From the NCBI GenBank assembly GCA_963751455.1, contig CAVVUN010000012.1, positions 160,001 to 224,000 of the forward strand: a stretch of DNA of 64,000 nucleotides, in the 5' to 3' direction. Each line of letters begins with the position of its first letter. Position 1 is the first letter of the stretch. A program made the position numbers and the translations under genes. This DNA is from Nitrospirota bacterium (lineage in GTDB: Bacteria > Nitrospirota > UBA9217). Shown here piece by piece: positions 32,545 through 43,096 of the stretch. The notes beneath the pieces are model-generated. The model searched no databases, was not told the origin of the DNA, and saw nothing but the letters and a program-made list of their open reading frames with translations.

Positions 32545-33372
32545 CTAAGATCTGCCGGACCTGATCGTCGTACCCGCGCCAGGGACAGTCCCTGTACCCG
32601 GGGTAGTCCCTGTACCCGGAGTGGGTTGACCGCCTGGCGTTGGCTCTGTTCTCCCGCAGGCGGCATCCTCTGCAGCACGGGCCACGGCGAGAGCGCCTTC
32701 CAGGGCCGCAACCGCGGCTTCCGCTGCCTGCAGGCCGGCTAACGCACTTGCATAGGCCGCCTCAGCAACTGCCGCCGCAACCGCAGCTGCGGCAGCCGCG
32801 AGGACAGCGGCAAGCAATCCCGGCAGGTCCCAAATCGCAACAGCGCCGATGGCGGCAATCGCGGCATTCCTTGCGGCTCGGGCATTCAGCATGATGCGGC
32901 GGCGCCGTTCCACCCGTTCCCGCTGCGCGTCCCGTTCCGCGCGCGCTCGAGCAAGCGCGGCTTCGGCCGCCTCACGGGCCGCGGTTGCAGCCTTACAGCT
33001 CAGGTTGCCCACGTCGATATCAAGGCCCTGTCCTATCTGCCCGGTAACGCCTGACACACCTCCAGCCGCTGCAGGCGCCTCCTCGCAACCAGAAAGGCAG
33101 ATTGCCAGGGTGCCGACTCCGGCCGCGGCCGCACCCACGATGGCGCCGATTATGGCGATGACGATACCTAAAACAGTGCCGAGACCGCATCCTACCAGAG
33201 CAGCGATGATCGCGGAAAGACCGCCGGTTGCAACGGCTATGGGCGCATCAATTATTTCAGCGGCGCCCACTCCGATAAGACAGGCAATCACCGCGCCGGC
33301 AAGAAATCCGATCCCCGCACCGAACAGCGCGGCAATAATCGCGTTAATGATGCATCGTGTTCGACAATCCAT
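32545..33372 (-). CDS. Ala/Gly-rich multi-helix membrane protein with TPGTGT tail repeats
   Basis: Long ORF with RBS GAGG; hydrophobic hairpins, coiled coil and 18-bp tandem repeats. Confidence 0.65.
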   Translation of the reverse strand: MDCRTRCIINAIIAALFGAGIGFLAGAVIACLIGVGAAEIIDAPIAVATGGLSAIIAALVGCGLGTVLGIVIAIIGAIVGAAAAGVGTLAICLSGCEEAPAAAGGVSGVTGQIGQGLDIDVGNLSCKAATAAREAAEAALARARAERDAQRERVERRRRIMLNARAARNAAIAAIGAVAIWDLPGLLAAVLAAAAAAVAAAVAEAAYASALAGLQAAEAAVAALEGALAVARAAEDAACGRTEPTPGGQPTPGTGTTPGTGTVPGAGTTIRSGRS

Positions 33373-33434
33373 GGCTTCACCTCGCGAAAAATTATTTATC
33401 GTTGCTAGCGCATTCTAGCGTCCGCGCCGGCGGC

Positions 33435-34331
33435 TTACGGGCGGCGCGCACATGCCGGCTCTTCCGGCGCGGCCCGGCAGAGCGCGCTCAAAACATCCTC
33501 TTCACTTGCGGTTTCGCGTTCGCAACTGATGCTCGCAATGTCTTCGTGGACGGCAACGGAGTCGCCGGGATTGAGGTGTTCGAACCTCTGCCCTATGGGC
33601 CGGTTCAACGTTACATTAATTGTATTTCGTCCGACGTTTTTGAGCTCCCGTGCGTGAGCGCCGTAGCACGGCTGGTCCACGGTACAGTCGAGGAAAGATT
33701 GCCGCAGCCGGCCTGAAAACTCCCACCCGGAACGGAACTGAATCTGAGCCGCCACAAGATCGGAGGGCCCACCGCCCGGCGCCGGTACCAGGAAATGATG
33801 GGTCGTAACCTGTTCCTCCGGCATGTTCGGCTGCTCCTCGAGGGGGCCCGATGCCCGGCGGTATCGAAGAACGCAAAGGTCGGTGTCTCCTACTGCTCCA
33901 CGGGCGGCAAAACTCTTTCGTTCGCTCCAGAACGCAAGCTCGTCTCCGTTTCGACGGTACAAAACTTTGAATCGGACATCGACAACCTGCTTGTCGAACA
34001 GGAGATAATCGCGGCCGATCATGAATTTCGCGTCGAATGGCGACCTGAGGGGCAATGAAACGGACGTCTCCGCTTCCGGTGAGGTCAGGAGAATGTTTCC
34101 ACTTCTCCAGAAAAGCGCGGGAGCATGCTCGAAGGTCGGTCGAACGCCGAACTCGGCTTCAATTCGTGTCACCTCTGTCTCATCCGGATCGATAACGGCA
34201 AAGACATGGCCTATTTGAGAATCGGCCTCCAGGGGACCTATCTTCGGTACTGTCTGGTGACAGCCGCAGAACTGAATCATGCAGGCCACGAGAAGGAGCT
34301 GGGAAAAGAGAGCGGCGCGATCGGTCATCAT
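33435..34331 (-). CDS. Hypothetical exported or lipoprotein
   Basis: 298-aa ORF, signal-like N-terminus with Cys, RBS AGGAG. Confidence 0.6.
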   Translation of the reverse strand: MMTDRAALFSQLLLVACMIQFCGCHQTVPKIGPLEADSQIGHVFAVIDPDETEVTRIEAEFGVRPTFEHAPALFWRSGNILLTSPEAETSVSLPLRSPFDAKFMIGRDYLLFDKQVVDVRFKVLYRRNGDELAFWSERKSFAARGAVGDTDLCVLRYRRASGPLEEQPNMPEEQVTTHHFLVPAPGGGPSDLVAAQIQFRSGWEFSGRLRQSFLDCTVDQPCYGAHARELKNVGRNTINVTLNRPIGQRFEHLNPGDSVAVHEDIASISCERETASEEDVLSALCRAAPEEPACARRP

Positions 34332-34686
34332 TGTTGGAATCTCCTGTTTGAACGCTTAACCGTCGGGTATAGTACTTTTGGATTTCCAGCAGTCGCATTA
34401 AAGAGATCTATTAATAGTATAATGCGGTCGGGTTAAAAAGTGAGACGTTGCGGATGTTATTGCTGTTTGATATATTGAGGGCGTTCCTTCGAATTATTAT
34501 TTAGAAGCGGCCCTCACTCCGGATTGCTTCCGTACCGCGCAACGGTCCTGTGGAGGCGCTCCTCTTCCACGAGGAGGACGAGGAGACAGGCGAACTATGT
34601 TTTGGCGTACGCGCGGCCAATATGCCCTGCTGTTGCCGTCACGCGGGCAAAGACAAATCGCACATAATCAGGCTGTCGTTTTCGAT

Positions 34687-35637
34687 TCAGGCCGCGCACT
34701 TTCGGGCAGCGACCCGGCGCTCAAGTGCAATGCGGTCCCATTTGCCGAGATCGGCAGCGGCTTCATAGGTGCTCTGCAGGAATTCGAGGAGCATGTCGTC
34801 CGGGGCTTTCGCGTTGCGGACGATGTCGTACGGCAGAATGAATTCCCGGAGATCGCTGCTGTAGAACGCCTCGCCCGGTTGGACTCGTGCTGTGGAAAAT
34901 CCGGCCGGCTGAGGATAGGCATAGGAATAAAACGCGGGATATGGAACAGGACCTCCGCCCGGCCAGAACCCGCAGCTGCTTACTTCGTGCGAATACGCCT
35001 CCCGCGTGACCCAGTCCGGCAGGTGCGGAATGCCGCCCGGATGTTCAGGTGCTTTTCGTCCCGAAAATCTCGTAACTGCGAGATCAGGGCCGCCCCAGAA
35101 AAAGTGAACCGGGCTGCACTTGCCGATGAACCGTGCGCGAAATTCCTTGAACACACGGTCGGCCTGTACGAGGATCCGCCAGAACCGGTTGGCATACCCG
35201 GGATCATAGGCCCAATGGATTTCGTCGCTGTCAAACGGAATAGGGTCCGCAACCTCGTTCGGTACTTTACATATACGCACCTGCAAGCCGAGTTTTTCCA
35301 TGGCCTCCATGAGCCGCGCATAGAAAGCCGACACCGGCTGCGGTTCGAGCGCAACCCGGCCAACACCGCCGTCGCTCGTCTGGACGGTGAGATGATGCCC
35401 GATGAAGTCGAAATCGATTTGGAAAGTCCGCCTGCCGTAAGGGATAGGCGAAGTAGTGAGTCCCCTGGCCGTGACATACAGCGTTACAGACCAGGAGTGA
35501 TTGGCCCACGGACTTTGAATTAGCCGGATCTTGCCGACAATCTGGGTCCACATATGCAAAGTCGCGTAGGTCTCGCTCCAGGCCTGGAGCGGCAGGCCCG
35601 GCCATGTTTCAAACTGTGAAGCATTCCGTATATTCAT
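34687..35637 (-). CDS. DUF5996-family protein
   Basis: TLHMWTQIVGK, SPVHFFWG, EAYSHEVSSCGFWPG and AFYSYAYP motifs. Confidence 0.85.
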   Translation of the reverse strand: MNIRNASQFETWPGLPLQAWSETYATLHMWTQIVGKIRLIQSPWANHSWSVTLYVTARGLTTSPIPYGRRTFQIDFDFIGHHLTVQTSDGGVGRVALEPQPVSAFYARLMEAMEKLGLQVRICKVPNEVADPIPFDSDEIHWAYDPGYANRFWRILVQADRVFKEFRARFIGKCSPVHFFWGGPDLAVTRFSGRKAPEHPGGIPHLPDWVTREAYSHEVSSCGFWPGGGPVPYPAFYSYAYPQPAGFSTARVQPGEAFYSSDLREFILPYDIVRNAKAPDDMLLEFLQSTYEAAADLGKWDRIALERRVAARKCAA

Positions 35638-35836
35638 TTTTCCCCTGAAAACCCCTCACCCCAGCCCTCTCCCACTTATAGTCCAAGTGTATCTCGTATT
35701 TGTTGTGGTCTTTGAGCATGAGTGTACGTGATGATGATACTTAAATCGAATTGACATCGCACTGGCGAAATATTTAATATGATGGGAGAAATCTGCGAGG
35801 ACCGGACTTTCTCCTCGTTGATGAAGGAGATGCAAT

Positions 35837-36121
35837 GTGAAAAGTGTAATCAAGAACAGGACAACGCTGATATGCGGGCACCTCGACCAGATCCGCGCGG
35901 TCCAGCCCCATACCATGGAAGGCTGCGAGGATTGCCTGAAGCTGGGGAGCCGGTGGGTCCATCTCCGGCTCTGTCTCTCGTGCGGCCACGTGGGATGCTG
36001 CGATTCTTCGCCAAACCGCCATGCGCGCGGGCATGCCCACGCCTCAGGACATCCGATTGCTCAATCCTTTGAACCGGGCGAGGACTGGCGCTGGTGCTTC
36101 TTCGATGAGATTGAGGTGTGA
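35837..36121 (+). CDS. UBP-type zinc finger protein
   Basis: CEDC..WVHLRLCLSCGHVGCCDSSPNRHA..EPGEDWRWC. Confidence 0.92.
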   Translation: MKSVIKNRTTLICGHLDQIRAVQPHTMEGCEDCLKLGSRWVHLRLCLSCGHVGCCDSSPNRHARGHAHASGHPIAQSFEPGEDWRWCFFDEIEV

Positions 36122-36479
36122 GCCGAGGTTGCATTTTGTTCGGGCGTCATGCGCTCGAAATCCGGTACTGAATTTAAGCCGACGTTCGGCTGAACGCCGG
36201 CTTTTTTATCGAAGTTAGGTCTTGGTTATATCCAGATGGGTGAGCCCGCACGGGATAAAGATTGACATCGAAAGGATGTAGGGATGTTGACGACTGCAAA
36301 AATATTGACGAGAAAATTATGGATGACCCTATAGCTTCAACTCAGTTTTGAAGGAAACTCTGTGCAAACTTAAAACCCGGGAGCCTCTTCTTTGCACTTG
36401 ATGATGCATGCCAATGAAAGAAGCGGCCCCTTTGATTTCTATTCTTTTTCCTGTTCTTTACGCCTTTCCCAACGACACT

Positions 36480-37070
36480 TTAGAACACAATTGCACGACA
36501 GTTATCTGTCTGCGGCCAGCTGGTTTGGCTGACATTCCTCTTGGCCGGGAATAGGGCGGGGTCCCCTGGCGCGGGGTCGTACAACAGTTGATATGAGATG
36601 GTATTGGCTTCCGACGCGCCATTGGCCGCACCGGTCGTGACCACGGCAACCGCGAGTCCGTTAATGCCTACCGTCTTGCCTGCGGGTATGAGAGTCGGAA
36701 CGGCCGTGAAAACACCGAGATCCTGCGCAAAGGTCAAGTTTGTTCTGACGAAGGCTTTAGGACTGCTGCCGGCTACAAAAAGTCGGGCTGGGTCAAAGTT
36801 AAAGTTCTTGCTCGAGTTCGTATTTCTAATCTCGACGATTCGAAAGACTACATATGCCTGGTTCGGACCCACACTGACCACGTTGATCGGACCGGCACCA
36901 CCCGGGCCGGACGTCTGCTGGTATCCGTTGCAAGCCCCCACCTGGTCAAAAACGATGCTTGCGGAATCCTCGATCAGAGGGCCTCCTCCCGGCTTGGGAG
37001 GACAACCGGTAAGAACCAGTCCCGCCACGACTGAAAGAAAAAGTGCACTTAATAGTCTTTGCCGAAGCAT
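36480..37070 (-). CDS. Hypothetical lipoprotein
   Basis: Lipobox LTGC; beta-rich mature part. Confidence 0.7.
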   Translation of the reverse strand: MLRQRLLSALFLSVVAGLVLTGCPPKPGGGPLIEDSASIVFDQVGACNGYQQTSGPGGAGPINVVSVGPNQAYVVFRIVEIRNTNSSKNFNFDPARLFVAGSSPKAFVRTNLTFAQDLGVFTAVPTLIPAGKTVGINGLAVAVVTTGAANGASEANTISYQLLYDPAPGDPALFPAKRNVSQTSWPQTDNCRAIVF

Positions 37071-37395
37071 AGAGCGCCTCCTTTACTGCGGAATTGAAAG
37101 CTATTAAGTTCATATAACTATATTTATGTATTGTCAACCTGGGTAAGTTGAAAGCGGCCTGCGGACGTCGGAGTGACATCATACACTCCCCTTATTCCTA
37201 TAATTATAAGAAATGATCAAGCCTGGCCCCCGAACGGCTTTCGGGAAAGAATAAAATCTAACATTAGTCCTGACTCTCATCAGCATCGCTCGTAAAGAGC
37301 GACGTTAGTGCGAGGAAAAGATTGCTGTTTCTCATTTTTTTTACTTTTTTTCACTTATATTCGCAAAAAATAGCGGAGGGTGGTATATTCATTTT

Positions 37396-37702
37396 AAGGC
37401 GCTGCCAGACCAACACTGAAAAGTGTAAACGCATTTATTCTCCGTTGAGGGCCTGAAAGCGACTGACTTGGCGCGATCAAAAACCGGAAAGCCATGACGC
37501 CAACAGCGTTATAAAACTACCGGTTCAAAGATTACGAGAGGTCGGGAAAGCCGAAAGCTCCTCGACCAAAGGACGTGCGGTGAAGAAGGCGTAAGTTCTT
37601 CCGGGTTTGTGAAAGCAAAAACAGGAGGGTGAACGCCAGGAGCACTGCATGTTCCAAGGTTGTTCAACGGACGCAATAAGATGCGGGTCAAAGCAACGCC
37701 TT
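37396..37702 (+). ncRNA. Putative large structured ncRNA, copy B
   Basis: Paralogue of 29062-29363, with its own promoter (37360-37389) and terminator. Confidence 0.75.
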
Positions 37703-37720
37703 TTCTTCATACTCCAATGC

Positions 37721-37752
37721 AAAACCGCCAGGAATATCCTGGCGGTTTTTTT
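37721..37752. terminator. Bidirectional intrinsic terminator
   Basis: AAAACCGCCAGGA-loop-TCCTGGCGGTTTTTT between the ncRNA and the convergent adhesin gene. Confidence 0.85.
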
Positions 37753-37823
37753 ATTTTCTGTGTCAAAAAACTCGTTCCGGAATTCAAGACCGGTTCATGA
37801 GATGTCGTGCCGGCATCGCATCA

Positions 37824-40109
37824 TCAATCGACGATGAGCGTCGTGGTGCCTCCGAAAGAACCTTTCATCCTGGCCGTAATGTCTACAGTCCCCGGGCTCA
37901 CGCCTTTCGCAAGTCCCTTGTTCTTTGGTGGTTTATTTACGATCGTAGCGACAGCCGTGTTTGATGAAGACCAGGTAAGAGCTGTGGACCTGGAAAGGTC
38001 CCGTGTCGATCCATCTGAATAGTTCCCGGTCGCGGTGAACAGCAGGGTCGTCCCGGCTTTCAGGGTCTGATTCGCCGGCGTTACGTCGATGCTCATCAGC
38101 GCGGCCGAGGATACGGTGACCGCGGTCGATCCCGTTACGCTCGTCCCGGCGAATGCAGCGCTGATCATGGTCGTGCCTACTGTGAGGGGCGTCACGAGTC
38201 CCCGGGAGCCGTACGCATTGCTCACGGCTGCCACGGACTTGTTCGCCGGCTTCCACGCCACCTGGAAGGTAAGGTCCTGGGTGAATCCGTCGGAGAAACT
38301 TCCTGTTGCCGTGTACTGCACGGGTGCGCCGATTGCGAGACTCGCATCGGCCGGCGTAATGGTAATGGAGTCCAGAGTAGCCGCCGTGACAATGAGCGTC
38401 GCGGTGTTTGTCAGCTGCCCCAGCGCGGCAGTGATGGTGGTCGTGCCGGCGCCGATTGAGGTCGCCAGCCCTTTACTCGCGTCCGCGTTGCTTATGGCCG
38501 CGACGGAGCTGTTCGATGAGCTCCAGACCACCGACGCGGTGATGTCCTGTGTCGTATTGTCGCTGAACGTTCCGGTCGCAATGAACTGTTCCGCGGTTCC
38601 GAGCGCGACCTGGGCCGCGACCGGTGATATGCTGATGGATGTCAGCGACGCCGGGCTGACGGTAAGTGTCGATGATCCCGGCACACCATCGAACCACGCG
38701 GTAATGGTCGTTGTGCCCGGCGCAACGGGTACGGCAAGTCCGTTGGAGCCCGCTGCGTTGCTGACCCCCGCAACCCCCGTGTTCGTTGAGTTCCAGGTGA
38801 CCAGCGGCGTCAGGTCCTGAACGGATCCATCGGAGTAGACACCGTTCGCGGAGAACTGGAGAACAAGGTCGACCGGGATGGTCGGATCAGTCGGTGTAAC
38901 CTCGATCGAGACCAGCGACAGCGCGCTCACCGTGAGCTCCGTGCCGCCTGATATGTTGGCGAGCGTCGCCGTGATCGTGGCCGCTCCGGCCCCGACTGAG
39001 CCGGCAAGTCCCTCGGACCCCGGCGCGTTGCTGACCGTTGCAACCGTGGTTGATGAAGAACCCCAGAGGGCTGCCGCGGTCAGATCCCGGGTAGTGTTGT
39101 CCGAGTAGGTGCCGATAGCCGTGAACTGCTGCGCTGTTCCGAGGGCGATCCCCGTTTCGGCCGGCGTTACGTCGATCGAGACAAGCGTTGCGGTGGTCAC
39201 GGTCAGCGTGGTGCTGCCGGAGATTGACCCTGCCGTTGCCGTGATCACGGCCGAGCCCGCGGCTACGGAGGCGGCGAGCCCATGGGAGCCGGCGCTATCG
39301 CTTACCACCGCAACTGCGGTATCCGATGAGGTCCAGGTAACGGACGAGGTCAGATCCTGGGTAGTGTTGTCCGAGAAGGTGCCGATAGCAGTGAACTGCT
39401 GCGATGTTTCGCAAGCGATCCCCGGTGCTGTCGGCGTTACGTCGATCGAGACAAGCGTTGCGGTGGTCACGGTCAGCGTGGCGCTGCCGGAGATTGACCC
39501 TGCCGTTGCCGTGATCACGGCCGAGCCCGCGGCTGCGGAGGCGGCGAGCCCACGGGAGCCGGCGCTATTGCTTACCACGGCAACCGCGGTATCCGATGAG
39601 GTCCAGGTAACGGACGAGGTCAGGTCCTGGGTGGTGCGGTCGGAATAAATCCCGGTTGCAGTGAATTGCCTTGTTGTGGTGAGCGCGATCCTCGGCGCTT
39701 GCGACGTTACTTCTATCGATACGAGCGTAGCGGTCGTCACGGTCAGCGTGGCGCTGCCGGAGATTGACTCCGTCGTTGCCGTGATCACGGCCGAGCCCGC
39801 GGCTACGGAGGCGGCGAGCCCATTGGAGCCGGCGCTATTGCTTACCACGGCAACTGCCATATCCGATGAGGTCCAGGTAACGGACGAGGTCAGGTCCTGC
39901 GTGGTGTTGTCGGAATAAATCCCCGTTGCAGTGAACTGCCTGGTTGTGTTGAAAGCGATCCTCGGCGCTGTCGGGGTTACTTCTATCGAGACAAGGGATA
40001 CTGCTCCTGCGGTAATGCTTGCGCCGCCCTTTGACTTACATCCGAACGCAAAACTCAAGATGATTGCTGCACATATCAGGCCGTAAAAGCTCATGCTGCA
40101 TTTTCTCAT
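37824..40109 (-). CDS. Lipoprotein with 8 bacterial Ig-like (Big_2) repeats, Lig-type adhesin
   Basis: Lipobox AFGC; eight ~90-aa units SIxVTP...QFTAxGxxSD..QDLT..VTWxSS. Confidence 0.9.
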   Translation of the reverse strand: MRKCSMSFYGLICAAIILSFAFGCKSKGGASITAGAVSLVSIEVTPTAPRIAFNTTRQFTATGIYSDNTTQDLTSSVTWTSSDMAVAVVSNSAGSNGLAASVAAGSAVITATTESISGSATLTVTTATLVSIEVTSQAPRIALTTTRQFTATGIYSDRTTQDLTSSVTWTSSDTAVAVVSNSAGSRGLAASAAAGSAVITATAGSISGSATLTVTTATLVSIDVTPTAPGIACETSQQFTAIGTFSDNTTQDLTSSVTWTSSDTAVAVVSDSAGSHGLAASVAAGSAVITATAGSISGSTTLTVTTATLVSIDVTPAETGIALGTAQQFTAIGTYSDNTTRDLTAAALWGSSSTTVATVSNAPGSEGLAGSVGAGAATITATLANISGGTELTVSALSLVSIEVTPTDPTIPVDLVLQFSANGVYSDGSVQDLTPLVTWNSTNTGVAGVSNAAGSNGLAVPVAPGTTTITAWFDGVPGSSTLTVSPASLTSISISPVAAQVALGTAEQFIATGTFSDNTTQDITASVVWSSSNSSVAAISNADASKGLATSIGAGTTTITAALGQLTNTATLIVTAATLDSITITPADASLAIGAPVQYTATGSFSDGFTQDLTFQVAWKPANKSVAAVSNAYGSRGLVTPLTVGTTMISAAFAGTSVTGSTAVTVSSAALMSIDVTPANQTLKAGTTLLFTATGNYSDGSTRDLSRSTALTWSSSNTAVATIVNKPPKNKGLAKGVSPGTVDITARMKGSFGGTTTLIVD

Positions 40110-40504
40110 GGTGGACCCTCCGTTTGATTTATTGGGTTTGGATGATAAGGCTCAATACATAAAGTCAAAGTGCAATCTAAAGGTACCTATTTTCCGTATC
40201 GGGAAGCAAAGTGAAGAGGATATTTTTAAGACAATAGCCTGATTTGTTCTTTAATTCCTTGGTATAGATATATTGTAATATCATAAAATAGTTTTGTCAT
40301 ATTTCTACGAAGAAGAACGCAATAAAAAAAGCATGCGATTAACTGGTGAAAGGAAAGCGAACAATAAATAGCGATTGTTGTGAGGAATTAGTTCGATATG
40401 TGGGTCTTATCTTGCCCTTATGGTCTTTCAGGGAGAAGGATAGGTGAAGTTACCGCGGACACAACGGAGAGAAACTAAAATGGTAACTACTCAGGTCATT
40501 TTTT

Positions 40505-40591
40505 ATCCGCAGATTACGCAGATTTCGCAGATAAAAACAAAACCAGAATTCCGGTTTTAGAATCTGCGTCAATCTGCGAAATCTGCGGATA
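40505..40591. repeat. CGCAGAT-type triplet inverted repeat
   Basis: ATCCGCAGATTACGCAGATTTCGCAGAT...ATCTGCGTCAATCTGCGAAATCTGCGGAT. Confidence 0.8.
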
Positions 40592-40774
40592 GAAGGGCTT
40601 TTTCTTAGATTTGTCTTAATGCTGTTCTGAAAAGAAGCTGAATAGTTACCTAAAATGGTACCTTTCAAGATTACTGCATGTTCCATAAAAAAACCGCCAG
40701 GGTTAATCCCGGCGGTTTTTTCTTTCATTTCATTTCGATACGCCCCTTTTCGTTCCAGTCCAGGGCAAGTCAAT

Positions 40775-41833
40775 TCAGGACACGATGCCCCGGATCTGTT
40801 TTTCATCGGGTACGATATTGAGGTGCAGCTTTTCCACACCCCGGAGAGCAACCATGGGATAGGTGACGCCGACCTTCTCCTCGGTCAGGATCCTGTGCAG
40901 CTCGTCAATGCCCGGGACCGGCGTCCCCCCGAAGCCCACGATGATGTCCCCTTTTCGCAGGCCTGCCCGCATGGCCGGGCTGTCCGGTTCGATCGCTTCG
41001 ATCATTACCCCTGTTTCAAGGGGAAGACCATGGAAACGTACGACGCGGCGCGGAAGCTGTATGTTCTGACCGCCCAGCCCGATAAAGCTGCGACGCACCC
41101 TCCCGTATTTCATCAGGCTCGTAACAACGAATTTGGCTGTATTGATGCTGATCGCGAAACAGATCCCCTGGGCGGGCGTGATCGCCGCGGTGTTCACCCC
41201 GATGACTTCCCCGCGGGACGTGACCAGTGGTCCGCCCGAATTTCCCGGATTGAGCGCTGCATCAGTCTGGATCACGCTGTCGATCAGCCTGCCGGAGAAT
41301 GAGCGCAGGGAACGGCCGAGCGCGCTCACCACACCCGCGGTCACGGTATATTGAAAACCAAAGGGATTGCCGATCGCGATAACAAGCTGACCGACGCGGA
41401 CTGACTGTGAATCTCCCAGGCGCGCAGCAGCAAGGTTCGAAGCATCGATCCTGATTACGGCAAGGTCCGTTCCCGGATCGTCCCCCACCTTGTCCGCGCG
41501 AAAACGACGTCCGTCCAGAAGGCTCACCTCGATCCGCTCAGCCCCATGCATCACATGGCTGTTGGTAAGAATGAAGCCGTCGGGCGTAAAAATGAAGCCC
41601 GATCCGCTTGACTGCAGCTCCCCGGGACCCTGCGGCGCGTGGCTGTTGCTTCGCACCGGCTTCCATACCTCTATGTTTACGACCGAAGGGCTCACCTTAT
41701 CTGCTGCGCCCACCACGGCCCGGGAATATGCATCCATCACCTCTTTTTCACTGTCCGGCAGCGACTGGACCGAAGACTGGTCAAAGCTCACAGAGTCATT
41801 CAAAAGTTTTTCAATCACGCTTTTCATATTCAA
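40775..41833 (-). CDS. HtrA/DegS-like S1C serine protease with PDZ domain
   Basis: GSGF, LTNSHV, DLAV and QTDAALNPGNSGGPL motifs. Confidence 0.95.
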   Translation of the reverse strand: MNMKSVIEKLLNDSVSFDQSSVQSLPDSEKEVMDAYSRAVVGAADKVSPSVVNIEVWKPVRSNSHAPQGPGELQSSGSGFIFTPDGFILTNSHVMHGAERIEVSLLDGRRFRADKVGDDPGTDLAVIRIDASNLAAARLGDSQSVRVGQLVIAIGNPFGFQYTVTAGVVSALGRSLRSFSGRLIDSVIQTDAALNPGNSGGPLVTSRGEVIGVNTAAITPAQGICFAISINTAKFVVTSLMKYGRVRRSFIGLGGQNIQLPRRVVRFHGLPLETGVMIEAIEPDSPAMRAGLRKGDIIVGFGGTPVPGIDELHRILTEEKVGVTYPMVALRGVEKLHLNIVPDEKQIRGIVS

Positions 41834-41974
41834 CTCCTCTCATGCATAGTAACACTTCTGTCAAGAGGGAGATCGCCCGGCTCCTGAAACATCAGCATTC
41901 AGAGAATATCCGGTCCTTTCCTACGACATTGATAACCGTGAATGTAAAGGAAGGAGTGCTATACTCTAACCAAT

Positions 41975-43096
41975 ATGCAGATGCTATTTTTAACATCGAT
42001 CGCCGTCATTCTTGCGCCTTTGATCGCATTTGCCGAAGGCGTAAATTTCACGACTGAGAGAGGCAGCGTCTACTCGGCGGGCGGGAGTGTTGCGATCGCG
42101 GAAAGCGCCCCCAATGATATTGTTGCGGCAGGAGGGAACGTCAGCATAAGCGGCGATGCTGGAAACGAAGTGCTTGCAGCGGGCGGATCGATTACGATGT
42201 CCGGAAAAACCGGAGGAGACGCGCGAATAGCCGGAGGAAGCGTCGTGTTGGCCGGCACAATCGAAGGCGAGGCTGTTATCGGTGCAGGAAAAATAAATCT
42301 GCTGCCCAAAGCCATAATTAGAAGCGTCCTTATCGCTGCGTCCGGAGACATCACGATCGATGGGACCATAGGCGGAGGCGCAAGAATCTTCGCGGGCACG
42401 GTCACAATCAACGGGACGATCAATAAGGACGTGGATATAAAAGCCGAACACCTCGTTATCGGAAAAACCGCAAAGCTTAACGGCAATCTTCGCTATGAAG
42501 GGCCACAGGAGGCAAGGATAGACCCGGGGGCAATGGTGAGGGGGGAAAAGATATTCAAGAAAACGGAATTCAAGCAGCCGCACGAAAAATTCATAAAATT
42601 TGCGGCGGCCTTATGGGTCTTAAAATTACTTGCGGTCATGACGGCGGCCATCGTCATCTTCCTTCTGCTGCCGGAAAAAACCACGGAAGTGACGGCCCTT
42701 GGTGTGAACCGGTTCGGTCACGAACTACTTGTCGGGTTCCTCGTGTTTGTCGCAATTCCCGCCTTGATACTGCTGCTGTTTATCACAATACTGGGTTCGT
42801 TCCTCGCACTGTTGACCGTCTTTTTTTACATTGCCTTTGTCCTGTTGTCCACCGTATTCGGGGCCCTCATTTTCACCCGTTTGATCAGCGGCAGGGTCTT
42901 TAAAAAAACAGCGCTTTCCTGGCCGATAATCCTGGCGGGCGTCATGCTCTACCAGGTCATCGGCCTGATACCCTTCCTCGGATGGCTTTTCAAATTTGCG
43001 TTTTTCCTGGCAGCACTGGGTTCCCTGTCACATCTCGTGTATTCCGCAAAAGATAACCGCTCTGCCCTGCCGCCAGGTGCACAAACTTCCTTCTAA
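41975..43096 (+). CDS. Bactofilin-like beta-helix + multi-TM membrane protein
   Basis: Repeating AGGxVxI(xG) units followed by about five TM helices. Confidence 0.75.
   Translation: MQMLFLTSIAVILAPLIAFAEGVNFTTERGSVYSAGGSVAIAESAPNDIVAAGGNVSISGDAGNEVLAAGGSITMSGKTGGDARIAGGSVVLAGTIEGEAVIGAGKINLLPKAIIRSVLIAASGDITIDGTIGGGARIFAGTVTINGTINKDVDIKAEHLVIGKTAKLNGNLRYEGPQEARIDPGAMVRGEKIFKKTEFKQPHEKFIKFAAALWVLKLLAVMTAAIVIFLLLPEKTTEVTALGVNRFGHELLVGFLVFVAIPALILLLFITILGSFLALLTVFFYIAFVLLSTVFGALIFTRLISGRVFKKTALSWPIILAGVMLYQVIGLIPFLGWLFKFAFFLAALGSLSHLVYSAKDNRSALPPGAQTSF

Noticed and set aside
34597-35523. 308-aa plus-strand ORF
   Set aside because: Antisense to the well-conserved DUF5996 gene.
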